From IMG/VR virus record IMGVR_UViG_3300037755_000280, positions 1 to 60,196 of that record: a stretch of DNA of 60,196 bases; one strand, written 5' to 3'. This DNA comes from a virus (taxonomy: Duplodnaviria; Caudoviricetes). Position numbers and translations under genes: made by a program. The notes beneath the pieces are model-generated. The model was not told where the DNA came from, searched no databases, and saw only the letters and a list, made by a program, of their open reading frames with translations. Shown in pieces: positions 1 through 8,471 of the stretch (positions are counted from its first letter, which is position 1; the number at the start of each line of letters is the position of its first letter).

Positions 1-229
1 GCCTTGTCGAGCACTGCGACCTCACCCTTGCGCACGGTGTCCGCATCGTTCGCGGGCTCCCTGGGCCGCTTGGGTGCGGCAGGCTTGGGCTTGGCACGCA
101 GTACCTTCCCGATCGACTCCGCCAACACGGTTGCGAGCTGTTCGCGTTCGGCTTCCGGCATCGCCCGGGTGAGTGCCCCGATTGCCAGGAGCGCCGGGGT
201 GACGTCGGTGCCGGACTGTCGGTGTCGGT
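1..229. repeat. terminal direct repeat / circular assembly overlap (copy 1)
   Basis: Identical to 59968-60196 except two substitutions (120 C vs 60087 G; 192 C vs 60159 G). Confidence 0.95.
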
Positions 230-956
230 GGAGCGCGTCGGCCACGTCGTTCACGTGAGCCACGATCGCGGCCACCGTAGGAACCGCAGACACGGACGCG
301 GTTCCGGTCTCGACGTCACCGGGCCCGGTCTCCTGTACGGCCGTTCCCGGTCCGCTGGAGTCTCCCTCGACCTTGGGGGCCGCTGGAGTCTGTTCGGCGC
401 CGGAAGGGCTGTTCTCGTCACTCTGAGCGGGTGTCTCGGCCTCCCCGTCGTCACCTTCCGGTTCGGACGTCGTGAGCGCGTCAGTCAGGATCGACTTCCA
501 CTCGGCCACGTTGTCCAGCGTCAGACCCAACTCACGGGCCCGGCCGATCACTTCCGCATCCTCCGCACGGTTCGAACCCGTGCCATCCATCCCGAGAGTC
601 TGCCGGATCGACTTTGCGTCGTTCACCCACATCCGGCCCAGACCGAACCGGCCCGCGAACGTCTCGACGTCGCCCGGACCGTCCAGCTCGGTCGCCAGGG
701 TGTAACCGAACGCGCTCACGATCTTGTCGATACGCGTCGCACGGCTGTAGTTGGTCTTCGTGACCAGCTCGGCCACGTCGTCCGGCGCGACCCCGTACGT
801 CAGACCCGCACGTCCGCACGCCACGATGGCGGCGTTCGTGTGGGCCGACGCGTTCGCTTCCGCCGTAGCGGCGAGCTTGAGTGCCCGCCACAGCGCTGCG
901 TGAGCGTCTGCGTCCGGCTCGGCCTTGACCGTGTTCACCTTAATGTTCTCAGACAT
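1..956 (-). CDS. hypothetical protein spanning the circular junction (about 333 aa; C-terminus at 59922-59967)
   Basis: GGAGGTAG RBS then ATG at 956 (MSENIKVNTVKAEPDADAHAALW...); frame runs off the window start and is in frame with ORF 59922-60128 through the overlap. Confidence 0.75.
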   Translation of the reverse strand, partial: MSENIKVNTVKAEPDADAHAALWRALKLAATAEANASAHTNAAIVACGRAGLTYGVAPDDVAELVTKTNYSRATRIDKIVSAFGYTLATELDGPGDVETFAGRFGLGRMWVNDAKSIRQTLGMDGTGSNRAEDAEVIGRARELGLTLDNVAEWKSILTDALTTSEPEGDDGEAETPAQSDENSPSGAEQTPAAPKVEGDSSGPGTAVQETGPGDVETGTASVSAVPTVAAIVAHVNDVADALHRHRQSGTDVTPALLAIGALTRAMPEAEREQLATVLAESIGKVLRAKPKPAAPKRPREPANDADTVRKGEVAVLDK

Positions 957-973
957 GTTGTCTACCTCCATGA

Positions 974-1002
974 GTTATCCCGGGATAACGCCCCGGGATA
1001 AC
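974..1002. promoter_or_regulatory. perfect 16-bp palindrome GTTATCCCGGGATAAC plus extra half-site; putative operator
   Basis: Palindrome at 974-989, CCCGGGATAAC again at 992-1002, directly upstream of the RBS of the 956 gene. Confidence 0.55.
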
Positions 1003-1189
1003 GCGGTATGTGTGAGGACACCACTAGGACAGTGGTGTCCCAGAGAGTGAATCCGATACCTCTATTCAATTCTCAAGCAACGCGGACAACGCGGCCATCA
1101 CGGGCGAAAAACCCCTTATGCCTTAGCTGTCACAGTGCCCCATACCGGTCACGAACCGGTGCCGCCTACGCGGGATGGGGCCCCGAAAA

Positions 1190-1342
1190 TCAGCGCCAAC
1201 CGAACCCGTTCACGACCGCCATCGTCGACGAAACGACCAGCGCGCACAACGCGAACGCGCGGCACCACTCTTCAAACAGGATGGGCGTGACGATGCCGAT
1301 GGCGGCGTAGTGGTCGGCCAGGAACTGGGCGGTGTCGGTCAT
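1190..1342 (-). CDS. small hypothetical membrane protein
   Basis: 50 aa from ATG 1342 with hydrophobic C-terminus; weak RBS. Confidence 0.4.
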   Translation of the reverse strand: MTDTAQFLADHYAAIGIVTPILFEEWCRAFALCALVVSSTMAVVNGFGWR

Positions 1343-1402
1343 GGCGTTGTCCGTTCGGTTGTGGGTGGGTTGGCTTCGCCAATCTATCATCCGGTGGTGC
1401 TT

Positions 1403-1418
1403 GTTATCCCGGGATAAC
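1403..1418. promoter_or_regulatory. second copy of palindrome GTTATCCCGGGATAAC
   Basis: Exact match to 974-989; further half-site GGGATAAC at 1523-1530. Confidence 0.55.
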
Positions 1419-2068
1419 CGTCGGGATGCCCCGGTATGTCCGTATTTGTGGCGAAAAAGAAGGGCATTAGTTCTTTTTTCACCCTGCGTGTTGTTCCATG
1501 TCCTATATCCCGCCCCGCCGGGGGGATAACTAGACCAGTCACACCAACCCCCCACACCAGACGCGAAAAGACGCGAGAACTCTGGAGCACCTGCATCCCT
1601 TCGTGCTGTCTGGGTGCTGTGTGGGTCTGGTAGAGGTACACCTCTACGTGCACAGTGTCTGCACCTGGTGCTACGGTGCCTGCACGGCGTCTCTTCGTCC
1701 CAAGCCGGGGGGACGTCTACGGGTTTCGCTCCTTCGGGGGCGCACCGGCGGGTCTTCATCCCTACCGTCGTCTCCTGGGATGCCGACGCCTGGTCTGTCA
1801 TCGCGTTCCGGGCGGTCTCTGGCCGGAGATCAGAGCGACAACCCCCCTGGGTCTTCGACTCCCCAGGGGGGTTGTCTTGTGCGCTGTGGCGGTTTACCGC
1901 GCGTTCTGGCCTCCGCGGTGGGGTGTGCCGCCTCCCGATGGTCGGCGGCAGGGTTCTGGAGCGGTCTGCTGCTGGTGGTGGCCGGAGCGTCGTCGCAGGT
2001 CAGTGCCTTGGCTCCACGGGCGGGTGAGCGGTGCACACCTGGTGCGGTTTACCGCTAGGATGCGGCGC

Positions 2069-2236
2069 ATGGGAGGCCAGCACGTCAACTCGACGACGCT
2101 GTCGGTCCGCGTCCCGCACGAGCTGTACGACGCGGTGATCGACATCGCCAGCTACCGAAGTACCCCGTATGGCCCGATGCTGCGAGAAGTCATCATGCAG
2201 TGGGTCGCCGAGATCGAGGAGGAAGAGGTCAGGTGA
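2069..2236 (+). CDS. ribbon-helix-helix DNA-binding protein
   Basis: STTLSVRVPHELYDAVIDIA...LREVIMQW RHH pattern; TAGGAT -10-like hexamer at 2056-2061 lies 7 nt upstream (possibly leaderless). Confidence 0.6.
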   Translation: MGGQHVNSTTLSVRVPHELYDAVIDIASYRSTPYGPMLREVIMQWVAEIEEEEVR

Positions 2237-2520
2237 CGACGTACAGGAGGATCGCGGAGGCCATCCGCGAGCAGATCAAAGACCAGAGCATGCCCAGGCA
2301 GGTGCGCCTGGGCCTGCTGGCCATTGCTGCGCGAGCCCAGGCGCAGGGAGCAGCAGGGACCGGACCGACCATCGCGCTGTCGGTCCGGCTGGGCATGGAG
2401 ACGATCGAGTGGATCGACGAGTTCGTCGCCGACGACCCGCACGACAGCCGGCACGCGTTCATGCGCCGGGCCATCGAAGACCGGGTGCTGGAACTCCAGG
2501 AGCCCCTGGATGAACAGTGA
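2233..2520 (+). CDS. protein with C-terminal ribbon-helix-helix domain
   Basis: IALSVRLGMETIEWIDEF...SRHAFMRRAIE; GTGA overlap with previous gene. Confidence 0.55.
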   Translation: MTTYRRIAEAIREQIKDQSMPRQVRLGLLAIAARAQAQGAAGTGPTIALSVRLGMETIEWIDEFVADDPHDSRHAFMRRAIEDRVLELQEPLDEQ

Positions 2521-2580
2521 GGTCAGGAAGCTGCGCGATTGCTTCCTGACCTCTACCCGACCAACACTCAAGGAGGAACT

Positions 2581-2907
2581 GTGAACACAGACATGCTGAT
2601 GCAGGACATCTCGGACTTCTCACGTCAGATCGACGCTGCGCAGCCCGATGACGAAGCGCGCACCGCGCTGCGGCTGGGCAAGATCGCCGAGCAGGCCGGC
2701 GAAGCGCTGGGGGACTACATCCGTTCCCAGGGGCGCAACATCATCAAGGAGGACGGCGAGGTCTCGGCCGAGCAGGTGGCAGACCGGGTGCTGAGCGTCG
2801 CGTTCAGCGCGCTGGGGGTCTACGAACACCTGACCGGTCACCGGGGCGCTGCGCTGGACGAGCTGGCCATCAAGGCTCGCGAGATGCGAGAGAAGGCGCC
2901 CCGGTGA
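2581..2907 (+). CDS. MazG-like family protein with degenerate active site
   Basis: LRLGKIAEQAGE..G.N..K..VADRVLSV resembles actinobacterial MazG-like LKLxEEVGE..GQNPRK..ELCDV; AGGAGG RBS. Confidence 0.55.
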   Translation: MNTDMLMQDISDFSRQIDAAQPDDEARTALRLGKIAEQAGEALGDYIRSQGRNIIKEDGEVSAEQVADRVLSVAFSALGVYEHLTGHRGAALDELAIKAREMREKAPR

Positions 2908-3512
2908 CGAAGTACTTCTACGACACCGAGTTCATCGAGGACGGCAAGACGATCGACCTCATCTCGATCGGGATCGTGTGCGAGGACGGGCGCGAGTACT
3001 ACGCCGTCAACGCCGAGATGCCGTTCCGGCGCATCCTGGCCAACAGGTGGCTCATGGACAACGTCGTGCCGGCGCTCCCGTTGCCGCCCGGCGGCCAGGC
3101 CGACTACGCGACCGGGTGGCTGTTCGACATCGCGCACCCCGCGGTCAAGCCGAAGTCGCAGATCGCCCGCGAGGTGCGCATCTTCCTGACCGGTGAGCCG
3201 GAGCTGTGGGCGTGGTACGGGGCGTATGACCACGTGGCCCTCGCGCAGCTCTGGGGCCCCATGATGGATCTGCCCGACGGCGTCCCGATGTGGACCAACG
3301 ACATCCGTCAGGAAGTCCTGCGCCTGGGCAACCCGCGTGTGCCCGAGCAGCCGTCCGGTCAGCACAACGCGCTGGAGGACGCGCGCTACAACTTCACGCG
3401 GTACGTGTTCCTGGAGCAGATCGCCCTGATCCGGGAACTGCACCCGGACATGAAGCTGGAGCTGGAGCAGGTGGGCGAACGTGTGAAGCACCGGATGGAG
3501 GAGGACACGTGA
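2904..3512 (+). CDS. DEDDh 3'-5' exonuclease, Rv2179c/RNase AS (DUF5051)-like
   Basis: YFYDTEFIEDGKTIDLISIGIVCEDGREYYAV, WAWYGAYDHVALAQLWGPM and HNALEDAR motifs. Confidence 0.88.
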   Translation: MTKYFYDTEFIEDGKTIDLISIGIVCEDGREYYAVNAEMPFRRILANRWLMDNVVPALPLPPGGQADYATGWLFDIAHPAVKPKSQIAREVRIFLTGEPELWAWYGAYDHVALAQLWGPMMDLPDGVPMWTNDIRQEVLRLGNPRVPEQPSGQHNALEDARYNFTRYVFLEQIALIRELHPDMKLELEQVGERVKHRMEEDT

Positions 3513-3814
3513 GCGAGGAACAGGTGGACCCGCGAGTGGAACAGGTGCGGGCGGTACGGCTGGAACACACGCGTGATGAGAACAGGTGCCTGTGGTGTCA
3601 CGAACACGTGCCCGAGCAGCGGCGGGGAACACGTGCCTGCAACGAGTGGCACGCCACTCTGTGGGCGGCGGAACGGGAGGGACGGGACACGTGCTGCCAG
3701 GTGTGCCGGGAACAGGACGCCGTCGACTTCACGCTGTCCCAGCTCCACCGGCGTGCGACCACGTGTTCCGGGCGGCACCGCAAGATCAAGTACAGAATCC
3801 GCAGGAACACGTGA
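3509..3814 (+). CDS. hypothetical Cys-rich protein
   Basis: GGAGGAG RBS, GTGA overlap, CxxC motifs. Confidence 0.55.
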   Translation: MSEEQVDPRVEQVRAVRLEHTRDENRCLWCHEHVPEQRRGTRACNEWHATLWAAEREGRDTCCQVCREQDAVDFTLSQLHRRATTCSGRHRKIKYRIRRNT

Positions 3815-4014
3815 GCGCCGTCGTGCTGCTGGTGGCCACGTGTCTCGTCGCGCTCGCGCTGCACATGTGGGCGGCACGTGTTCTGCGCCGGATGCTGGAC
3901 GACGTCCCGGAACAGGAGCCGGCGTGTGAACACGAGGCGTTCATGGACGGGAGGTGCATGGTGTGTGGAACACCAACCGATAGCATCCAGGTGTACCGCG
4001 AACCGAGGAGGTAA
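3811..4014 (+). CDS. small membrane protein with C-terminal CxxC
   Basis: N-terminal hydrophobic helix; GTGA overlap. Confidence 0.55.
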   Translation: MSAVVLLVATCLVALALHMWAARVLRRMLDDVPEQEPACEHEAFMDGRCMVCGTPTDSIQVYREPRR

Positions 4015-4017
4015 CAC

Positions 4018-4329
4018 GTGAGCAAGTGGGACGCCGTGATCGACCCGTCGTCGCGGGGGCTGTACGACCAGGCCGTCATGAGTGCCCGCGACCTGGGTGA
4101 GGAAGCGATCGGTCACGACATCGCGCAGATGGCGTCCGATCTGGTCCTGTCGCGTGAGGGGGACGCGCTCGTGAAGTCGCTCATCGTGTCCTCCGACGCG
4201 TTCGGTAAGTCCGACGACCCCGGTGCGGGGATCGAGGTGTTCGACGGCGAGCTGTGCATCTCGATCCAGGTTCGTATCACCGATCCTGACGACAGGCCCG
4301 CGTGCACCAACCCGGACCACCGGCACTGA
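4018..4329 (+). CDS. hypothetical protein
   Basis: GAGGAGG RBS, operon packing. Confidence 0.65.
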   Translation: MSKWDAVIDPSSRGLYDQAVMSARDLGEEAIGHDIAQMASDLVLSREGDALVKSLIVSSDAFGKSDDPGAGIEVFDGELCISIQVRITDPDDRPACTNPDHRH

Positions 4330-4739
4330 TGATCCAGCTCAGTGTTCCAGGCGTCCCCGTTCCCAAGGGCTCGTTGAAGCACGTGGGACGGGGGCGCCTG
4401 GTCGAGCAGACCAACGTCAAGCCGTGGATGAGCCGCATCCGTGCCGCAGCGCTGCGGCACGTGTTCGGGATGGAGCTACCGGTCATTGATGCCGCGTGCC
4501 GGGTCTCGCTCACGTTCTGGTTCCCGCGGCCGGCGTCTGCGAAGAATCGCCTGTACCCGCACCTGCGCTCCACCGGGGACCTGGACAAGCTGGTGCGGGC
4601 CGTCCTGGACGCCCTCCAGCCCAGCGGGCACACCCCGGGCATCCTCGCCGATGACTCGCTGGTCGTGCAGCTCCGGGCGGGCAAGGAGTACGTCGAGGAA
4701 GGCGTACCCCGCGTGGAGATCACTATCGAGGAGCTGTGA
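4329..4739 (+). CDS. rusA: RusA-like Holliday junction resolvase
   Basis: VPGVPVPKGS; DLDKLVRAVLDAL; DDSLVV catalytic motifs. Confidence 0.9.
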   Translation: MIQLSVPGVPVPKGSLKHVGRGRLVEQTNVKPWMSRIRAAALRHVFGMELPVIDAACRVSLTFWFPRPASAKNRLYPHLRSTGDLDKLVRAVLDALQPSGHTPGILADDSLVVQLRAGKEYVEEGVPRVEITIEEL

Positions 4740-4894
4740 TGCCCAGAACCCCAGACCCGAACAGCCGGCGCTTCCCCGTCACCGTCAAGGTCTCCCGTGC
4801 CGAGCGTGAAGCGCTACGGCGTATCGGTAGCACGCCGGGGCTGGGGCTGCGGCGCCTGCTGGACCGGCACTTGAAGATCCGGAAGGCGGCGTGA
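4739..4894 (+). CDS. small RHH-like DNA-binding protein (51 aa, not in ORF track)
   Basis: MPRTPDPNSRRFPVTVKVSRAEREALRRIG...; exactly fills the gap with overlapping stop/start codons. Confidence 0.6.
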   Translation: MPRTPDPNSRRFPVTVKVSRAEREALRRIGSTPGLGLRRLLDRHLKIRKAA

Positions 4895-5118
4895 TGCGCG
4901 CGTTCAAGTACACCCACATGCTCGACATCCGCCGGCACGCAAACGGCGACGTCGACCCCGGACTGATGGACGCGGTCCTGCACCACTGCATCCGGCGAAC
5001 CCGGTGGATCGCCGGCCAGAACGCGGAGATCGCGTCGGTGTCCACCATGCTGACGCCGGACATCGAGAGTGACAGGGTCACTCTCACGGTCGAGATCCTG
5101 GCGGGGGTGCCCCAGTGA
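4891..5118 (+). CDS. hypothetical protein
   Basis: Overlapping start/stop codons on both sides. Confidence 0.6.
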   Translation: MMRAFKYTHMLDIRRHANGDVDPGLMDAVLHHCIRRTRWIAGQNAEIASVSTMLTPDIESDRVTLTVEILAGVPQ

Positions 5119-5627
5119 ACGTCTGGTTCCACGAGCACTCGCTGCCTCACCTGGTCGACATCGAGAACATCCGCCCCAATCCGCACAACGAGAACTGCAA
5201 CGAGACCGATGAGATCGTCGCCTCGATCGCCACGAACGGGTTCTACGGGACGATCATCGCTGACGCCGACGGGATGATCGTCAACGGCCACGGCCGCTAC
5301 GCCGCCCTGCAAGAGCTGGGCGCCACGCAGATCCCGGTCATGTACGCGGAGACCAACGCCGAGGAGTCGGCGCGTATCCGGGTGGGGGACAACCGCACCA
5401 CCCGCCTGGGGCGGGATGACCCGGCGCTGCTGCTGGAGACATTGGCCGAACTCCAGGAGACCGAGATCGGGCTGATCGGTACCGGGTACGGGGACGAGGA
5501 CGTCGACGAGCTGCGTGCGAGCATCGAGAACCCGCTGGAGTTCGACGACGCCGAGTTCGCGAAGCAGCGGGGTACCAAAATCTTCGAGTGCCCGAACTGC
5601 GGGTGGACACCTGGGCAGGATGGATGA
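5115..5627 (+). CDS. ParB/Srx-like nuclease domain protein
   Basis: IRPNPHNEN...SIATNGF...IVNGHGRYAA...DNR; C-terminal CPNC. Confidence 0.85.
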   Translation: MNVWFHEHSLPHLVDIENIRPNPHNENCNETDEIVASIATNGFYGTIIADADGMIVNGHGRYAALQELGATQIPVMYAETNAEESARIRVGDNRTTRLGRDDPALLLETLAELQETEIGLIGTGYGDEDVDELRASIENPLEFDDAEFAKQRGTKIFECPNCGWTPGQDG

Positions 5628-5637
5628 GGGAGGACTG

Positions 5638-6174
5638 ATGGGGCAGCCGTACAAGAAGGCGCCGGCCGAGCTGGTCAAGGCGGCTGAGAAGGTGGGCGAG
5701 GACGACGAGATCGTGATCGCCGGGGAGATCGTCGGGCAGACCCGGGCGTCGGCGGCCCTGAGCTTGCGGATCGATGGGGCCTCGTTCGAGCAGATCGCCA
5801 AGGCGCTGGAGTTCCAGGACGGGTCCACGGCCAGGCGTGCGGTGGAGTACGCGCTGGCGAGTATCACGCACACACCCGAGGAGGTCGAGCACGTCCGGTA
5901 CCTGAACGCTCGCCGCCTGGAGCGCATCCTGGCCTCTCTGATGCGGCGGGCCACCAGCCCCAAGGACCCTGACCATCTGGCCTATGCGCGTACGGCGCTG
6001 GTGACGATCGACCGGCACATCAAGCTGTACGGGGCGGACGCGCCGGCGAAGATGAATGTCACCTACAACCCGACGGTCGGGCAGATCGAGGAGTGGGTGA
6101 TGGCCACCGCGCGGCAGGTGCACGGCGAGATCGCCGAGGCCGACATCCTCGACGTCGAGGTCGAGGAGGACTAG
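5638..6174 (+). CDS. HTH protein, probable terminase small subunit
   Basis: ALSLRIDGASFEQIAKAL HTH, IDRHIKLYGADAP motif; lies upstream of terminase. Confidence 0.65.
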   Translation: MGQPYKKAPAELVKAAEKVGEDDEIVIAGEIVGQTRASAALSLRIDGASFEQIAKALEFQDGSTARRAVEYALASITHTPEEVEHVRYLNARRLERILASLMRRATSPKDPDHLAYARTALVTIDRHIKLYGADAPAKMNVTYNPTVGQIEEWVMATARQVHGEIAEADILDVEVEED

Positions 6175-6527
6175 TGCCGCACCCCGAGGGCAAGACGATG
6201 AACGACCCCGGCGCCAGGGACGGGTGGGAGGCGCGGGTGCTGGAGCGGATGAATCGGCGCCGGGCGTCCGAGAGCAACACGAACCACCAGTACGGCATCC
6301 CGATGCACTGGATGTTCCGTATCTACCTGCGCCGCGCCGCCCAGGAGCGGGGGATCAGCATGTCGGGGTACGTGCGCCGTGCGCTGGCGGTGTTCATCGC
6401 GCGGGATCTGGGGATGTCGTACGAGGAGCTGTGCGCCCTGAACAGGAAGCCGTTGGCGTTCGGTGATGTCGGTAGACGCGGGTTGGCACAGCAAGATGAT
6501 GGGGAGGGCTTCGGGGACTGGTTGTAG
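6174..6527 (+). CDS. hypothetical (RHH-like) protein
   Basis: LRRAAQERGISMSGYVRRAL; GAGGAGG RBS. Confidence 0.6.
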   Translation: MPHPEGKTMNDPGARDGWEARVLERMNRRRASESNTNHQYGIPMHWMFRIYLRRAAQERGISMSGYVRRALAVFIARDLGMSYEELCALNRKPLAFGDVGRRGLAQQDDGEGFGDWL

Positions 6528-6683
6528 AAGCATGCGACCATGGGGGCATGAAGATGCGTTTTCGTGCTGCATGCCCCAGGTGCCGCGTTCACCTGCACGT
6601 GGGTGAGCGCGGCATTCGCATGCACGGCGGCTACTGGCACACCGGGTGCTGGCTCGCCTACCGCCGGCACCGGGAGGCCATCC

Positions 6684-8165
6684 GTGTCCCTACAGATCCC
6701 CGACGAGTTCCGTAACTGGCCCCCGCAGGCGCAGGAGAAGGCTCTCGCGCTGCTCAAGGAGCACGGTGAGCCCGGCAAGATCTGGTACTGCCTGCGCGGG
6801 CGCGAGTGCGACGGCCAGCCGCACGAGGGCGCCGAGTACAAGCACGCGAGAGGCGACCAGTGGCCCCCTGAGGGCAGCGATTGGCGCTACTGGGTGTGTA
6901 CGAGTGGTCGCGGAGCCGGGAAGACGCGCCTTGGTGCCGAATACGTGCGGAAGATGTCCGCACGTATGGATCGTATGGCGATGATCGGGCGTCGTGGCGT
7001 CGACATCCGCGCCACGATGGTCGAAGGGGAGTCCGGACTGATCCGGGTGTGCGAGCGGGCCAAGATCCCGTACACGTGGGAGCCGTCCAAGCGCGAGTTC
7101 ACCTTCCACAACGGTGCGAAGGTCTTCGGGATCTCGGCCGAGGAGCCCGACAGCCTCCGCGGACCCCAGTTCGGGGTCGCATGGCTGGACGAGCCCGCCC
7201 ACATGCCCCTCATCGACGCCGTCTGGGACAACCTCCTGATGGCCCTGCGCGTGGACGGCGTGCCCGGCGGCGCCAAGGCCCTGGTCACCTCGACGCCGAC
7301 GCCGATCCCGTGGCTCAAGAAGCTGGTGAAGAATCCGCGGACCCGGCTGGTGCGAGTGTCCACCTACGCCAACCTGGACAACCTGGACCCCGCGTTCCGG
7401 GATGTGATCCTGTCCACCTTCGAGGGCACGAGGCTGGGTCGTCAGGAGCTGCACGGGGAGATCCTGGAGGACGTCGAGGGCGCCCTGTGGACGTGGGACC
7501 TCATCGAAGCCGCCCGTATCCAGGTGGCCGGGTCCATCGAGGAGCTGGCGCACACGATGGACCGCATCGTGGTTGGCGTGGACCCGGCCGGTACCGCGCG
7601 CAAGAAGTCCGATGAGACCGGGATCGTCGTGGTCGGCAAGAAGGACGGCGTCCTGTACGTGCTGGCGGACGCGTCTGGCAGGTACACGCCCGAGCGGTGG
7701 GCGCGGCGGGCGATCGACCTGTACGACCACTGGGACGCGGACGCCATCGTGGCGGAGAACAACTACGGCGGGGAGATGGTGCGCGCCGTGCTGGACAACA
7801 TCTCCGCCTTCCCCCGCGTGAGGGAGGTCAACTCCACCCGCGGCAAGCTCATCCGCGCCGAGCCGGTCTTCTCGCTGTACGAGCAGACGAAGGTGCGCCA
7901 CGTGCCGGGGCTGGTGAAGCTGGAGACCCAGCTCTGTGAGTGGGTGCCGGGTAAGGGGTCCTCGCCGGACCGGATGGACGCGATGGTGCACGCGGCCCAC
8001 GAGCTGTCCGACCACGCACGTCCCGCCCAGGTCCAGGTCGCCCGCAGGAAGCCTGCCGGCGACAATCCGCTGCCCGCGGGGGCCGTCCAGCTCGGGCGGC
8101 ACATGAAGCTGGGGAACGTGATCCCCGGGCGGCTCAAGAAGCCGGCGGTACGATCGTGGTCGTGA
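6684..8165 (+). CDS. terL: terminase large subunit
   Basis: Walker A GRGAGKT, Walker B AWLDE, nuclease VGVDPA and SPDRMDA; GTG start after GGGAGG. Confidence 0.95.
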   Translation: MSLQIPDEFRNWPPQAQEKALALLKEHGEPGKIWYCLRGRECDGQPHEGAEYKHARGDQWPPEGSDWRYWVCTSGRGAGKTRLGAEYVRKMSARMDRMAMIGRRGVDIRATMVEGESGLIRVCERAKIPYTWEPSKREFTFHNGAKVFGISAEEPDSLRGPQFGVAWLDEPAHMPLIDAVWDNLLMALRVDGVPGGAKALVTSTPTPIPWLKKLVKNPRTRLVRVSTYANLDNLDPAFRDVILSTFEGTRLGRQELHGEILEDVEGALWTWDLIEAARIQVAGSIEELAHTMDRIVVGVDPAGTARKKSDETGIVVVGKKDGVLYVLADASGRYTPERWARRAIDLYDHWDADAIVAENNYGGEMVRAVLDNISAFPRVREVNSTRGKLIRAEPVFSLYEQTKVRHVPGLVKLETQLCEWVPGKGSSPDRMDAMVHAAHELSDHARPAQVQVARRKPAGDNPLPAGAVQLGRHMKLGNVIPGRLKKPAVRSWS

Positions 8166-8470
8166 CCGAAATCCTCTACACCGTTGCCGCCATCGTGGTA
8201 GGTGTGGCCTCCAGTGCCCGCATCACGCGTCTGATCGTGGACGATGCGTGGCCTCCTGTGGCTTTGCTGCGCGCCTGGTGGGCCGCGAAGACCGACGAAG
8301 GACCCTGGTACGACCTGGTTGACTGCCATTGGTGTGCGGCACCGTGGGTTGTAGCGGGTAACCTCGCTTTCGCCACAGCAACCGGACTTCACCCCATCTG
8401 GTGGCTGTTGAACGGATGGATGGCAGCATCTCTAGCCACGTCGTGGCTGGCGATCAAGACAGGGGAGTGA
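8156..8470 (+). CDS. membrane protein (DUF1360-like)
   Basis: ARITRLIVDD...LVDCHWC pattern; hydrophobic; sits between terminase and portal. Confidence 0.65.
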   Translation: MVVTEILYTVAAIVVGVASSARITRLIVDDAWPPVALLRAWWAAKTDEGPWYDLVDCHWCAAPWVVAGNLAFATATGLHPIWWLLNGWMAASLATSWLAIKTGE

Positions 8471-8471
8471 C

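Larger units (their letters stand above)
3505..4020. repeat. dense cluster of GAACA(C/G)GTG motifs in both orientations
   Basis: Exact 9-mers at 3518, 3539, 3580, 3602, 3627, 3805 (+) and 3760, 3875 (-); ACACGTG cores at 3505, 3687, 3837 (-), 4014. Confidence 0.8.

Noticed and set aside
5115-5627. ParABS plasmid-prophage partition system
   Set aside because: No ParA is seen; this ParB/Srx-like type commonly sits beside terminase genes
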